From an uncultured Acidobacteriota bacterium (lineage in GTDB: Bacteria; Acidobacteriota; UBA6911; RPQK01; JAPXNP01), in the NCBI GenBank assembly GCA_963777605.1, contig CAVZRV010000010.1, positions 320,001 through 384,000 on the forward strand: a stretch of DNA of 64,000 bases, written 5' to 3'. Both the position numbers and the translations under genes were made by a program. Below, one piece after another: positions 33,589-43,654 of the stretch. The notes under the pieces are model-generated. The model had not been told where the DNA came from. It searched no databases and was given only the letters and a program-made list of their open reading frames with translations. Positions within the stretch are counted from its first letter, which is position 1, and every line of letters starts with the position of its first letter.

Positions 33589-34781
33589 TTTCCGGAACTC
33601 CCGACTCCCAGCTGAATGACCGCATCGACCGGCATGTTCAGCTTTAGTTCCTGGTTGGGATTGTCGATATCCACCTTGATCCGGTAAACCAGTTTGACCC
33701 GCTCCTGCCGGGTTTCAATCTGTTTTGGGGTAAATTCGGCTTCTGAGGAAATGAAGGAAACCTTGCCGTGATAGGTCTTGCCGAGATAGGAATCGGTGCT
33801 CACCGAGACTTCCTGGCCCAGCTTCACACGTCCAAGATCAGTTTCGGGGACATATCCCCTGACCCAGGGATGGGCGAGGTCACCAACCGACACAATCGCC
33901 GTTCCGGCGGCTACAACCTCTCCGATCTCCGCCGACTTGACCAGCACGACTCCATCAAATGGGGCGTAGGCGCGGGTGTCGTCGATCTGTTGCTGAACCT
34001 GTCCAAGCCGGGCTTCCAAAGCGTTTTTCTGTGCATCCAGCGTCTTTCTGGATTGGCGGTTTCGATCGATCTCCAGTTCTGTCGCCTCGGCCTGCCTGAG
34101 GGCGGCACGGGCCCGTTCCAGCCCGGCCCTGGCGGCCTCGATTTCCTGGGAGCGGGGCCCCTCTTCCACCAGGCTCAACCGCTCCCGGGCCTGCTTGAGA
34201 GCGCCTTCGGAGCGGAGATACCCGGACTGGTACTGGTCGAAGGAGGCCTTTGAAATATCCTCATTCCGGTACAGCTCCTGGGCCCTTGTCCAGTCCGCCT
34301 GCGCCCGATCGAACTCGGCTTCGGCGATTGCGACGGCGGAACGGGCCTGATCCTTGTCCTGCACGCGTGACCCTTCTTCGAGCTGATCGAGTTGTGCTTC
34401 CGCCTGTCGAATCTCAGCTTTCCGCTGTTCCAGTTGGGCAGCCAGCGCGGTTTCCTGGTAGGAAATCAGCTTCTCGAGTTCCCGCTGCTGCGATACCATT
34501 CCATCGACTTGGGCCTGGATCTCAGCCTTCACATGGAGAAGCTGGGCGTCGTCCGATCGGGCCAGCAACTCACCCTTTGAAACCGGGGCACCTTCATCGA
34601 CTGACAACTCCACGATCTTGCCGGGAGCCTTGAGACCAATATCGGCTTCGGTCAGCTCGATGTTTCCGGAGAACTGGAGCTGATCGGCCGTCCCATTCGA
34701 TTCCGCCCACGGGCGCAGATAGATCAATCCACCCAAGAGAACGACCACGGCAACTGGAATAATGATGCGAGTCTTAGCCAT
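33585..34781 (-). CDS. HlyD-family membrane fusion protein (YbhG-like)
   Basis: N-terminal anchor, long coiled coil, ISSEAEFTPKQIET, LKLNMPVD. Confidence 0.9.
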   Translation of the reverse strand: MAKTRIIIPVAVVVLLGGLIYLRPWAESNGTADQLQFSGNIELTEADIGLKAPGKIVELSVDEGAPVSKGELLARSDDAQLLHVKAEIQAQVDGMVSQQRELEKLISYQETALAAQLEQRKAEIRQAEAQLDQLEEGSRVQDKDQARSAVAIAEAEFDRAQADWTRAQELYRNEDISKASFDQYQSGYLRSEGALKQARERLSLVEEGPRSQEIEAARAGLERARAALRQAEATELEIDRNRQSRKTLDAQKNALEARLGQVQQQIDDTRAYAPFDGVVLVKSAEIGEVVAAGTAIVSVGDLAHPWVRGYVPETDLGRVKLGQEVSVSTDSYLGKTYHGKVSFISSEAEFTPKQIETRQERVKLVYRIKVDIDNPNQELKLNMPVDAVIQLGVGSSGK

Positions 34782-34791
34782 AACGAACTCC

Positions 34792-36192
34792 CTAGGGCCG
34801 GCTGCTGTTCCGCAGGACACCGGTAGCGTCTGCAAGTTGAATTCGCGCTACGTTAAAGCGATAGAGGGCGCCGATGCGGGCCTCTTCAGCAGCCTTGATG
34901 TTGGCCTGCGCTTCAGTGACTTCGAGACTGGTGGTCACGCCGGCACGATACCTCCTCTGGGCCTGCTCGAGCTCCAGGTTGGATTGCCCTATTCCCGCAT
35001 CCACCACGCTCATCTCGCCCCGTGCAATCTGAATCGCCTCGAGCGCCGTTTCGACTTCCAGCCTGATCTCACGACGCAGATCTTCGGTCCTGAGCCGCTC
35101 CTCTTCCAGGCGGGCCCGGCTTTCCGCACGCCGCGCCTCCATGCCACCCCCGTCAAAGATCGGCAGATCCACGCGTACTCCCACCGCCCAGGTGGGGATT
35201 GCGTAGGCGGGTCCGGTGCCAAGAGTCCCGTAGTCGGCAAATCCCGCAACCGAAGGGATCCGCTCGGCTCGAGTTGCCGAGTAATCCTTCTCGAGGGCAT
35301 CCAGTTTCTTTAGCTGTGCGGCGAGGTCTGCCCTCGACGCAAGCGCCCGGGACCAGGACTCCGCCACATCGGGAACGTCGCCGTCCGGCCGCTCCAATAC
35401 ATCGCTCAAGGCGAGGGGTGTTTCCAGGGGCAAACCAATCCCACGGTTGAGCTGAAGAAGGCTCGTTCGGAGCGTCCGCCGGGCAACCAGCACTGCCTGC
35501 TCTTCCTGGGAAAGCTTAAACTGGGCCCTGGTTACTTCAATCGCCAGCCCGGTTCCCGCGGCCTTCTGATTTCTGGCCAACTCCAGCAGGTCGGCGGCCA
35601 GGTCGCGGTTGGCCTGTGCCGTTCCAATTCGGGCCTGATCCGCCAGAACCCTCAGGTAGAGCTGGGCAACCGTCGCAGCAATTTCGTCCCGTGTCCGCTC
35701 CCCCGCGATTTCGGCACTTTCCACGGCAACGCGGGAGCCGCGAAAGCGCTGGATCGAACTCCAGCTGAAGATCGTCTGGGCCACCTCCGCCCGCGCGTCA
35801 AACGTCGAGAACGGCCCGAGCAGTCTCGGAGGTTGAAAGGGGCCGATCGACGTCAGTCCAACCGACGCGAGGCTGTTGGTTCGGCGGGTCTGGCTCACCG
35901 CCCCGCTCAACTGCGGCAACAGGGCGGCCCGGGCCTGATCGGATCGGGCCAGGGTCTGGTCGACTCCACGGTCGGAAATCTGGACCTGCAAGTTTCCGGC
36001 TTCCGACAGGGCAAGGTCAATCGCGCCTGCAAGACTCAGCTGCCGGGGAGCATCCTGGGCGAAAACCGGGAGCCCCAACCCGATCATTACCAGCGGCAGC
36101 AATCCGCCAAGGACCCACCGGCATCTCCATGTGGGCAGTACTGTTGAATTACGCGTCAGTCGCAGGGGGACGCGAATGGGAGTTTCATCCAT
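34792..36192 (-). CDS. TolC-family outer membrane efflux protein
   Basis: ARAALLPQL, LPIFDGG, RYRAGVTTSLEV; two OEP repeats. Confidence 0.88.
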   Translation of the reverse strand: MDETPIRVPLRLTRNSTVLPTWRCRWVLGGLLPLVMIGLGLPVFAQDAPRQLSLAGAIDLALSEAGNLQVQISDRGVDQTLARSDQARAALLPQLSGAVSQTRRTNSLASVGLTSIGPFQPPRLLGPFSTFDARAEVAQTIFSWSSIQRFRGSRVAVESAEIAGERTRDEIAATVAQLYLRVLADQARIGTAQANRDLAADLLELARNQKAAGTGLAIEVTRAQFKLSQEEQAVLVARRTLRTSLLQLNRGIGLPLETPLALSDVLERPDGDVPDVAESWSRALASRADLAAQLKKLDALEKDYSATRAERIPSVAGFADYGTLGTGPAYAIPTWAVGVRVDLPIFDGGGMEARRAESRARLEEERLRTEDLRREIRLEVETALEAIQIARGEMSVVDAGIGQSNLELEQAQRRYRAGVTTSLEVTEAQANIKAAEEARIGALYRFNVARIQLADATGVLRNSSRP

Positions 36193-36805
36193 TTGTGCCT
36201 CCTTCCTTCAAAGGAGCTTGAAGTGACCAACGCCCTTCGTCGGTCACTATTCCAATCGATAGGATCTCGAGGATCTCCACAACAACCTGCGCCAAGGTCC
36301 AGGGCAGTTCAGCAAGGGCATCGGGATTGACCACCCGGTGAAGAAGCGCCTCAAGGATGAGCAGGAGCAGTTCGAGGTTCAGGTCCGACCGAAATGTGCC
36401 TTCTTTCTGACCCTCCAAAATGAGCTTCCGGAACGATCCCTTGACCGCCCGATTCCGCCGCTCATCGAGTTCAACCCACAAGTCCGGCGCATACCGCCTC
36501 ATGTCTTCGAGAAAGACTTTCGAGAAACGAGGAAGGCGCCGGGCGAGAAAGACGACCAACTCCGACAGCTTATCGGCGGGAGATGGGCCCGATCGTTCCA
36601 CGATTCCGGCGACGCCCATCGTCACTTCGGTCAGTTTGTCCAGCATGGCTTCCCGAAGCAGCACTTCCTTGCTCTCGAAGTGCTGATAGAGGGTCCGCTT
36701 GCTGATCCCGATGTCGGAGGCGATTTCGTCCATCGTCACCTTGGCGAACCCGAACGACAGAAAACGCGATCTCGCCGCGATCAGGATTCTCTGATTTGTT
36801 TCCAT
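36185..36805 (-). CDS. TetR/AcrR-family regulator
   Basis: GFAKVTMDEIASDIGISKRTLYQHFESKE HTH; ATG at 36805. Confidence 0.92.
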   Translation of the reverse strand: METNQRILIAARSRFLSFGFAKVTMDEIASDIGISKRTLYQHFESKEVLLREAMLDKLTEVTMGVAGIVERSGPSPADKLSELVVFLARRLPRFSKVFLEDMRRYAPDLWVELDERRNRAVKGSFRKLILEGQKEGTFRSDLNLELLLLILEALLHRVVNPDALAELPWTLAQVVVEILEILSIGIVTDEGRWSLQAPLKEGGTNG

Positions 36806-36826
36806 CCGCACAACCTTCGAACCTAA

Positions 36827-36875
36827 AAAACTCAAACCGTTTCCTTAGTTTCCTGATTTCGAATTGCGTTGTCAA
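36827..36875 (-). promoter_or_regulatory. efflux operon promoter with probable TetR operator
   Basis: Minus strand TTGACA-N17-GAAACT; imperfect palindrome AAAACT...AGTTTC (36827-36852) overlaps the -10. Confidence 0.5.
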
Positions 36876-36921
36876 ACACACTTTGGCCGGAAGGGGAAAT
36901 CTGTGGTGAAATACCTGCGCT

Positions 36922-37572
36922 TTGGACAGAACCTGGGTTGCACTCTCTACGGCTGCTGTGCTCGGGCTATCTGCCGGACTCTCTCCCGGCCCGATGTTCA
37001 GCCTGGTTCTCGCTCAAACGCTGCGGTACGGCACTCTCGAGGGGATCAAGGTGGCCCTCACTCCCCTTTTGACCGACTTGCCCATCATCACGATTGCGAT
37101 CCTGGTGGTTGGGCAGGTGGATCAGTACGCCGAGGTCTTCGGGGCACTCTCTCTGGCGGGCGGCATCTATCTCGGGTTTCTCGCCGTAAAAACCGCGCGA
37201 CCTGTTTCCCCCGGCGAATCGACTTCCCCGGAACGGCCCCGTTCGGTGCTTCTCGGGTTTTTGGCAAACGCGCTCAACCCTCAACCGTATCTCTTCTGGG
37301 TCACGGTCGGCGCCCCTCTCATCATCCAGATCGACGGCGAATCGAGACCGGCGGCGGCCCTCTTCCTCGTCGCTTTTTACACCTGCCTGGTGGGAGCGAA
37401 AATGACCCTGGCGGTCATCGCGGGTCGTTCCCGGCGAGTTCTCGGCAGTCGAGGATATCGCTGGTTGATGAGCGGACTGGCCGCATTGCTGGGAGTTCTG
37501 GCGCTGTTGCTGCTCGTGGAAAGCCGCCCCTTATGGTCCTGGCTTGCGCGATTCCTTCGCCCGAGCGGCTGA
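36922..37572 (+). CDS. LysE-family exporter
   Basis: LGLSAGLSPGP, GFLANALNPQPYLFW. Confidence 0.88.
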   Translation: MDRTWVALSTAAVLGLSAGLSPGPMFSLVLAQTLRYGTLEGIKVALTPLLTDLPIITIAILVVGQVDQYAEVFGALSLAGGIYLGFLAVKTARPVSPGESTSPERPRSVLLGFLANALNPQPYLFWVTVGAPLIIQIDGESRPAAALFLVAFYTCLVGAKMTLAVIAGRSRRVLGSRGYRWLMSGLAALLGVLALLLLVESRPLWSWLARFLRPSG

Positions 37573-37593
37573 GTCGCCAGCCATTCGGGTGGC

Positions 37594-37893
37594 CTATTCT
37601 GCCTCGGCCCGGCGCTTTCGGTGAATCAGGTAAAGGTTTCTGAAGTAAATCACTCCATTAAAGAGATAGCTGAGGATGAAAACCGGGTCTCGCCGCTCGA
37701 GCGCGTAGGACAGTAACAGCAGGCTACCCACGATACTCAGGTACCAGAACGACACCGGAATCACACTCTCCTTGCGCCGTTCCGAGACAATCCACTGAAC
37801 AACGAATCGGGATGTGAAGACCACCAGTCCCAAGAAACCGATGACTTCCCAGATTCCAACCCCATGTGCAAGGATCTCGTTCAACTTCTCCAT
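37594..37893 (-). CDS. lipid A biosynthesis N-terminal domain (LAB_N) small membrane protein
   Basis: IGFLG..VFTSRFVVQWIVSERRKESVIPVSFWYLSIVG..LLLSYA...DPVFI...YFRNL. Confidence 0.88.
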   Translation of the reverse strand: MEKLNEILAHGVGIWEVIGFLGLVVFTSRFVVQWIVSERRKESVIPVSFWYLSIVGSLLLLSYALERRDPVFILSYLFNGVIYFRNLYLIHRKRRAEAE

Positions 37894-39512
37894 CAGTTTT
37901 CCTCACCCGGCTGGGCCGGCATGACCCTGAACACCCGAATGATCTCGAGCGGAGGACGGCCGTCGAATCGATACGGTATCCGGCGGCGGATGACAGCATA
38001 GAAACCGGCTCGCGACTCCATGTCCATCGTTCGGATCGGAATCGAACCCGGGTAGACAAAACTCTCCACCAGCTTCAGTCGTTTACCCATCCCGGCTGGC
38101 CCGGAGAAGGCGTCACCAATGTGGACCTTCTCGGGCCAGACCAGCAAGTCTCCCGGGCTCGGATAGGGTCCGTCCCGGTTCATCATCTTCAACCCGGCCT
38201 GATCGGCATAGAACTTCCAGCCCCACTGTCCAACGTACCAGAGGTTCGCTTCGGCCTGGAACCGGGGAGCGATGTTCCGGGCAAAATCGCGGTAGGTGCC
38301 GGCATATTCGTAGTCCGCACCCTGCACAAGAAGAGCAGTGCCCAACTGGACAGCCAGCAGCAACCCGGCCAGTACCCCAATCCGATGCACGTGAGCCCGG
38401 TGCCGTTCAAACCAGCGAAAGAGCAACAGCAACAGCGGAGGAATCGCCACCAGCAGATGCCGCACCGCGTCGAATGGGACAAAGAAGGTCGCAAACGCAA
38501 CGTGGGACCCCAACCAGGCAAGAAGAAACAACGATTCGACGGACCAGTTGTCAGTGGCGGCACTGTGAACGGCGGCCGCCAGGAGAAAGACTCCCAGGAC
38601 CAGCCAAACCGAGAAGCCGGTGTCCCAATCAGAATCGTAGAAGCGACAGCTCCACCAGACGATCAACAGGGCGACCAATACCGTCGCTGCCAGCGTCTTC
38701 CAACACCGGCTCACGCCGAGCACCCAGGCCACCAGGGGAGACAGGTAGACCGCCGAACCCAGGATCGCCAGGGCGCTCAGGAACTTGTCCGGCCACTTTA
38801 TCCCCGAATCGCTAACCCTGTTGAGGAGAAGGTAAACCGGGTGAATCTGCCCGTAGACCACCCAGGTAAACAGGCACCAGGCACCCAGGATCGCTGCCGA
38901 CACCGATAACCAGAAAACCCACAGTGGGCGCCGCCTCAGGAGAGTGTAGAGGGCCGCCACCGGCAGGATGACTCCGACCGAGTATTTCGCCAGGACGGCG
39001 AGCCCCAACAACACGCTGCCGGCAAGCGCCTTTCCCCGATCCGAATCGTCCACGCCTTCCAGGAACCATGCGAGCCCGAGTAGAGCCAGACCCGCCGCAG
39101 GGATGTCCCGCATCAGGTTCCCGGAAACCAGAAAGGGAGCCGAGCCCACCAGAAAGAGGGTCGGCATCCACGCCTCGTCAGTGAAACGACGCGCGACGAG
39201 GAACATGCCCCAGGCAAAAAAGAGATAAAACGGAACCATCGCCAGATGCAGCCAAAGCTCACCCTTGCCCCACACCGCCACTACCGGAGCAAGCCAATAG
39301 CTGACCAGGGGGGGGTTGGTCGTCGTGCTCCAGACCGGGGCGAGATGGCCGAACCAGTTGAATTCCCCGCCGAAAGGATCGGCAGGATGAGCCAGTATTC
39401 GGTCGGTAATGTGGAGTACGAAGGTGTCGTCGATGTGAACCGGCTTGTCGAGGAAAGGCAGCGTCAGGCTCAATACGATGAGGCTGAGAAGTAGCATTGG
39501 GCGTCGGCGCAT
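37893..39512 (-). CDS. ArnT/PMT-like GT-C membrane glycosyltransferase
   Basis: KPVHIDD acidic loop after TM1, NPPLVSYWLA, GLAVLAKY, many TM segments, soluble C-terminal domain. Confidence 0.78.
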   Translation of the reverse strand: MRRRPMLLLSLIVLSLTLPFLDKPVHIDDTFVLHITDRILAHPADPFGGEFNWFGHLAPVWSTTTNPPLVSYWLAPVVAVWGKGELWLHLAMVPFYLFFAWGMFLVARRFTDEAWMPTLFLVGSAPFLVSGNLMRDIPAAGLALLGLAWFLEGVDDSDRGKALAGSVLLGLAVLAKYSVGVILPVAALYTLLRRRPLWVFWLSVSAAILGAWCLFTWVVYGQIHPVYLLLNRVSDSGIKWPDKFLSALAILGSAVYLSPLVAWVLGVSRCWKTLAATVLVALLIVWWSCRFYDSDWDTGFSVWLVLGVFLLAAAVHSAATDNWSVESLFLLAWLGSHVAFATFFVPFDAVRHLLVAIPPLLLLLFRWFERHRAHVHRIGVLAGLLLAVQLGTALLVQGADYEYAGTYRDFARNIAPRFQAEANLWYVGQWGWKFYADQAGLKMMNRDGPYPSPGDLLVWPEKVHIGDAFSGPAGMGKRLKLVESFVYPGSIPIRTMDMESRAGFYAVIRRRIPYRFDGRPPLEIIRVFRVMPAQPGEEN

Positions 39513-39652
39513 GCGCAAGCTACTTTAGCCGAAAAGGCACCCGACCTCCAAAAGCCTGCTCGCCTCAATCCGGATTTTCAGACAGTTCGGATAAGATGAT
39601 AGGGGTGTTGCTTTCCTGAATCAGCGTTGAAGGCCAGCCCTCGAGATCAAAC

Positions 39653-41506
39653 ATGAGTCAAGCATTGCCGAGATACACAGAAGAAGACATTCGCAGCCTG
39701 GACTGGCGGGAACACATCCGGACCCGTCCGGGAATGTACATCGGAAAACTGGGTGACGGGACCCATACCGACGACGGAATCTACCTGCTCCTGAAAGAAG
39801 TTGTCGACAATAGCATCGACGAGTTCCTGATGGGCGCCGGGCGGAAAATCGAGATCAGCATTGACGGCCCAAAGGTCCGAATTCGGGACTACGGGCGAGG
39901 AATCCCCCTCGGTAAAGTTGTTGAGTGCGTCTCCCGCATCAACACCGGGGCCAAGTACGACGAGGGAGCCTTTTACCGGTCGGTCGGGCTCAACGGCGTT
40001 GGAACAAAGGCGGTTAACGCCCTTTCCGAAATGTTTCGTGTCGATTCTTATCGGGACGGCCAGGTGAAACGGGCGGAGTTCTCCGGAGGACGCCTCGTCA
40101 AAGACCACAAGGTGGACTCCAGCGGGGAACGCTCCGGGACCCTCATCGAGTTCATCCCTGATCGGGAGATCTTTCCGGAGTTCACGTTCGATCCCCATCT
40201 TGTAGAGGAGCGACTCTGGCGCTATGCCTATCTGAACCGGGGCCTGAAGCTGCACTTCAACGACAAGGTAATCTTCAGCGAGAACGGACTTCTCGACCTC
40301 CTTCAAAACGAGGTCGGCGAAGGCGGCCGGTACGAGACCGTCCACATCGTGAGCCCGGATATCGAGTACGCCCTGACCCACACCGATGCCTATGGAGAAA
40401 GCTATCTTTCATTCGTGAACGGCCAATACACGGTCGATGGCGGGACCCACCAGTCGGCATTTCGGGAAGGTGTCCTGCGTGCCCTCAAGGAATTCTTCAA
40501 TTCCGACCTCGAAGCCTCGGACGCCCGGGGTGGCTTTGTCGGTGCGTTCCTGGTTCGGATTCACGAACCGGTTTTCGAATCGCAGACCAAGACCAAGCTG
40601 GGCAGCACCATGGTAACGAAGGACGGCCCCTCGCTTCGTTCCTGGGTGGTCGACTTCGTCCGCGATTCCCTGGTCAAGTTCCTTCACAAGAACCCCGAAA
40701 CGGCCAAGGCCATCCAGAACAAAATCAAGCAGAATGAGCGGGAGCGGAAAGACTTGGCTGGAATCAAGAAACTGGCCCGGGAGCGCCAGCGCAAGGCCAA
40801 CGTTCACAACCGCAAGCTGCGCGATTCCAAGGTTCACTTCAACAACGGAAATCCGGCCCGGGCTTCCGAGACGCAACTGTTCATCGTGGAAGGTGACAGT
40901 GCATCCGGCAGCCTGACCAAGGCTCGGGACGTCCAGACTCAGGCGGTATTTGCACTCAAGGGCAAGCCGCTGAACTGCTACGGACTCTCCAAGAAGGTGG
41001 TCTACGAGAACGAGGAACTCAACCTCCTCCAACACGCCCTCGGGATCGAGGAAGACCTGGAAGGACTTCGGTATAACCAGATCGTCCTGGCAACCGACGC
41101 CGACGTGGACGGGATGCACATCCGCCTGCTTCTGCTGACCTTCTTCCTCCAATTCTTTCCCGACCTGGTCCGCAAAGGACACCTCCACATCCTGGAAACT
41201 CCGCTGTTCCGGGTCCGTAACAAGAAGCGAACGATATACTGCTACAACCAGAAGGAGAAGGCTGAGGCCCTCCGCGAACTCGGAGCCAAGGCAGAAGTGA
41301 CCCGCTTCAAGGGCCTCGGGGAGATCTCTCCGAACGAATTCGGAAACTTCATCGGCGAACACATCAGGCTTGAGTCTGTCGAACTCCCCAAGGGAATGAA
41401 GATCCAGGAGATCCTCAGCTACTACATGGGGAAGAACACCCCCCAGAGGCGGGAGTTCATTACGGAAAACCTGATGTGGGAACCGGTTGACGCGGTGGAA
41501 AGCTGA
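39653..41506 (+). CDS. parE: DNA topoisomerase IV subunit B (short, Bacteroidota/Chlamydiota-like)
   Basis: HIRTRPGMYIG, EVVDNSIDE, GLNGVGTKAVNALS, VEGDSA, TDADVDGMHI, TRFKGLGE. Confidence 0.85.
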   Translation: MSQALPRYTEEDIRSLDWREHIRTRPGMYIGKLGDGTHTDDGIYLLLKEVVDNSIDEFLMGAGRKIEISIDGPKVRIRDYGRGIPLGKVVECVSRINTGAKYDEGAFYRSVGLNGVGTKAVNALSEMFRVDSYRDGQVKRAEFSGGRLVKDHKVDSSGERSGTLIEFIPDREIFPEFTFDPHLVEERLWRYAYLNRGLKLHFNDKVIFSENGLLDLLQNEVGEGGRYETVHIVSPDIEYALTHTDAYGESYLSFVNGQYTVDGGTHQSAFREGVLRALKEFFNSDLEASDARGGFVGAFLVRIHEPVFESQTKTKLGSTMVTKDGPSLRSWVVDFVRDSLVKFLHKNPETAKAIQNKIKQNERERKDLAGIKKLARERQRKANVHNRKLRDSKVHFNNGNPARASETQLFIVEGDSASGSLTKARDVQTQAVFALKGKPLNCYGLSKKVVYENEELNLLQHALGIEEDLEGLRYNQIVLATDADVDGMHIRLLLLTFFLQFFPDLVRKGHLHILETPLFRVRNKKRTIYCYNQKEKAEALRELGAKAEVTRFKGLGEISPNEFGNFIGEHIRLESVELPKGMKIQEILSYYMGKNTPQRREFITENLMWEPVDAVES

Positions 41507-41511
41507 GTTGA

Positions 41512-43611
41512 ATGAGTAACGAAGAATTGGAGGGTCCGGGAGGACCTTCTGCGCAGGGTAGTGACGAGCCTTCAGGTGTCGAGGCCACCTTTCGGGAGTA
41601 TTTCCTGCAGTACGCTTCGTACGTCATTACCGAGCGTGCCATTCCGGACCTGGACGACGGGCTGAAGCCGGTTCAGAGGCGTATCCTTCACTCCCTCTGG
41701 GAGAACGAAGACGGTCGCTACAACAAGGTGGCCAACCTGGTCGGCCACAGCATGAAGTACCACCCGCACGGGGATGCCTCGATCTATTCCGCCCTCGTCG
41801 GCCTGGGGCAGAAGAGTCTGTTGATAGACACCCAGGGAAACTGGGGTGACCCGGTAACCAACGACTCCCCGGCGGCCGCACGGTACATCGAGGCACGGCT
41901 GACGCCGTTCGCCAAAGAAGTCGTCTTTGCTCCGCACCTGACGCGCTACAAGCTGAGCTACGACGGACGGAACAAGGAACCGATAGTTTTCCCGGTGCGC
42001 TTTCCGCTGCTCCTCGCAATGGGTGCCGAGGGGATTGCAGTCGGGTTGACGACTCGGGTGCTCCCTCACAACTTCATTGAGCTGCTGGAAGCCCAGAAGG
42101 CGACCCTCCGGGGTGAGGATTTTCAGCTCTTCCCTGACTTTCCCACCGGCGGACTGATGGACGTCAAAGACTACCAGGACGGCGTCCCGGGATCGCGGAT
42201 CAAAGTCCGGGCCACGCTCGAACAGGGTAAGGGCAAGTACATCGTCATCCGGCAACTTCCCTATGGCGTAACCACCGAGTCGGTCATCGACTCGATCCTG
42301 AAAGCCAGCGAGAAGGGGAAGATCAAGGTTTCCAACGTCCAGGACAACTCGGCCGCGGAAGTTGAGATCGTCGTCTCGTTCCAGCGGGGCGTCGACATGG
42401 AGAAGGCGGAGGATGCCCTCTATGCATTCACCGACTGCGAGGTCAGCCTAAGCTCAAATTGCATGATCATCCGGGACGGGAAGCCGGTCGCCCTGAGCGC
42501 TTCTGAAATTCTCAGGGAGAGTGCCTTCCGAACCCGTGAGCTACTCCGCCAGGACCTGGAAATCCAACTCGGACGACTGGAGCGCGAGTGGCACCTGAAA
42601 AGCCTGGTTCAGATTTTCATCGAGAACCGCATCTACCTGCGAATTGAGAAGTGTGAGACCTGGGTGGACGTACTTTACGAGATCGACAAAGGGCTGGAAC
42701 CGTTTCTCGGCCGACTCCGGGCACCGGTCACAGAGGGGGACCTGGTCTACCTCACCGAGGTCAAGATCCGTCGTATCAGTGCCTGGGATGCCGCCCGTTC
42801 GCGAGAGGAACTTCGGAAGATCGACGAGGAGATCGCGAGGGTCAAGGAAGACCTGGCCAACATCACTAACTACACGATCCGCTACACCGATCACCTGATT
42901 GAGGCCTACGGTGCCGGCCGGGAACGCCGAACCCACATCAAGTCCTTCGATGCGATCGAGGCGGTCGCCGTAGTCGAACGGACAGAGAAGCTCTACCTCG
43001 AACCCAAGGCCGGCTTCATCGGTACCGACCTTCGGGACGCGCATGAAGTGGAATTCTGTTCTCCGCTCGACGACGTGATGGTGGTCACCGAAGACGGTGG
43101 CCTGTACCTGGTCAAGGTCGCCGATCGAAAGTACGTCGGCGAAAACATCATCTACGCTCGGGTCTTTGGGCCGGACGACCGCGACACCGTCTTCAACATG
43201 GTCTACGAGGACCTCAAGAGCGGCAGAACCCACATCAAGCGTTTCACCGTCGGCGGGTTCACGCGAGAGCGCCGATACGAACTGGGCAGTTCGGCGAAAA
43301 CCCGGGTCTTTCTATTCCTTCCCGGCGAGAGCGGAATCCACGCTCACGTCAAGCTTCGCAAGAAAGCCAGGATCAAGACCGATCTCTACGTCTGTTTTGA
43401 CGAACTTCTGCTCAAGGGCCGCGGAGCCAATGGCAACGTTCTGACCAAGCACCGGGTCACCAGCGCCCGCCAAATTTCTGAAACCGTCTTTCGGAACCGA
43501 CTCGACCTCGGACCAGCCCAAAACGCCGACGAGAACACTCCGGCAGCGCAGACAGACGACGAAGAGGCATCCTCAAAGGACGTCAAAGGAGAGCAAAAGG
43601 GGCTGTTCTAG
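41512..43611 (+). CDS. parC: DNA topoisomerase IV subunit A
   Basis: RAIPDLDDGLKPVQRR, YHPHGD, AAARYIEARL (catalytic Tyr), PDFPTGG; no GyrA box seen. Confidence 0.85.
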   Translation: MSNEELEGPGGPSAQGSDEPSGVEATFREYFLQYASYVITERAIPDLDDGLKPVQRRILHSLWENEDGRYNKVANLVGHSMKYHPHGDASIYSALVGLGQKSLLIDTQGNWGDPVTNDSPAAARYIEARLTPFAKEVVFAPHLTRYKLSYDGRNKEPIVFPVRFPLLLAMGAEGIAVGLTTRVLPHNFIELLEAQKATLRGEDFQLFPDFPTGGLMDVKDYQDGVPGSRIKVRATLEQGKGKYIVIRQLPYGVTTESVIDSILKASEKGKIKVSNVQDNSAAEVEIVVSFQRGVDMEKAEDALYAFTDCEVSLSSNCMIIRDGKPVALSASEILRESAFRTRELLRQDLEIQLGRLEREWHLKSLVQIFIENRIYLRIEKCETWVDVLYEIDKGLEPFLGRLRAPVTEGDLVYLTEVKIRRISAWDAARSREELRKIDEEIARVKEDLANITNYTIRYTDHLIEAYGAGRERRTHIKSFDAIEAVAVVERTEKLYLEPKAGFIGTDLRDAHEVEFCSPLDDVMVVTEDGGLYLVKVADRKYVGENIIYARVFGPDDRDTVFNMVYEDLKSGRTHIKRFTVGGFTRERRYELGSSAKTRVFLFLPGESGIHAHVKLRKKARIKTDLYVCFDELLLKGRGANGNVLTKHRVTSARQISETVFRNRLDLGPAQNADENTPAAQTDDEEASSKDVKGEQKGLF

Positions 43612-43654
43612 CCGGTCCGACGTGTCTGACCCGTTGGGCACCAACTCGCGAAGT

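Noticed and set aside
29342-36805. TetR-TolC-HlyD-ABC operon as a novel system
   Set aside because: Standard YbhGFSR-like efflux architecture with the ATPase halves as two genes
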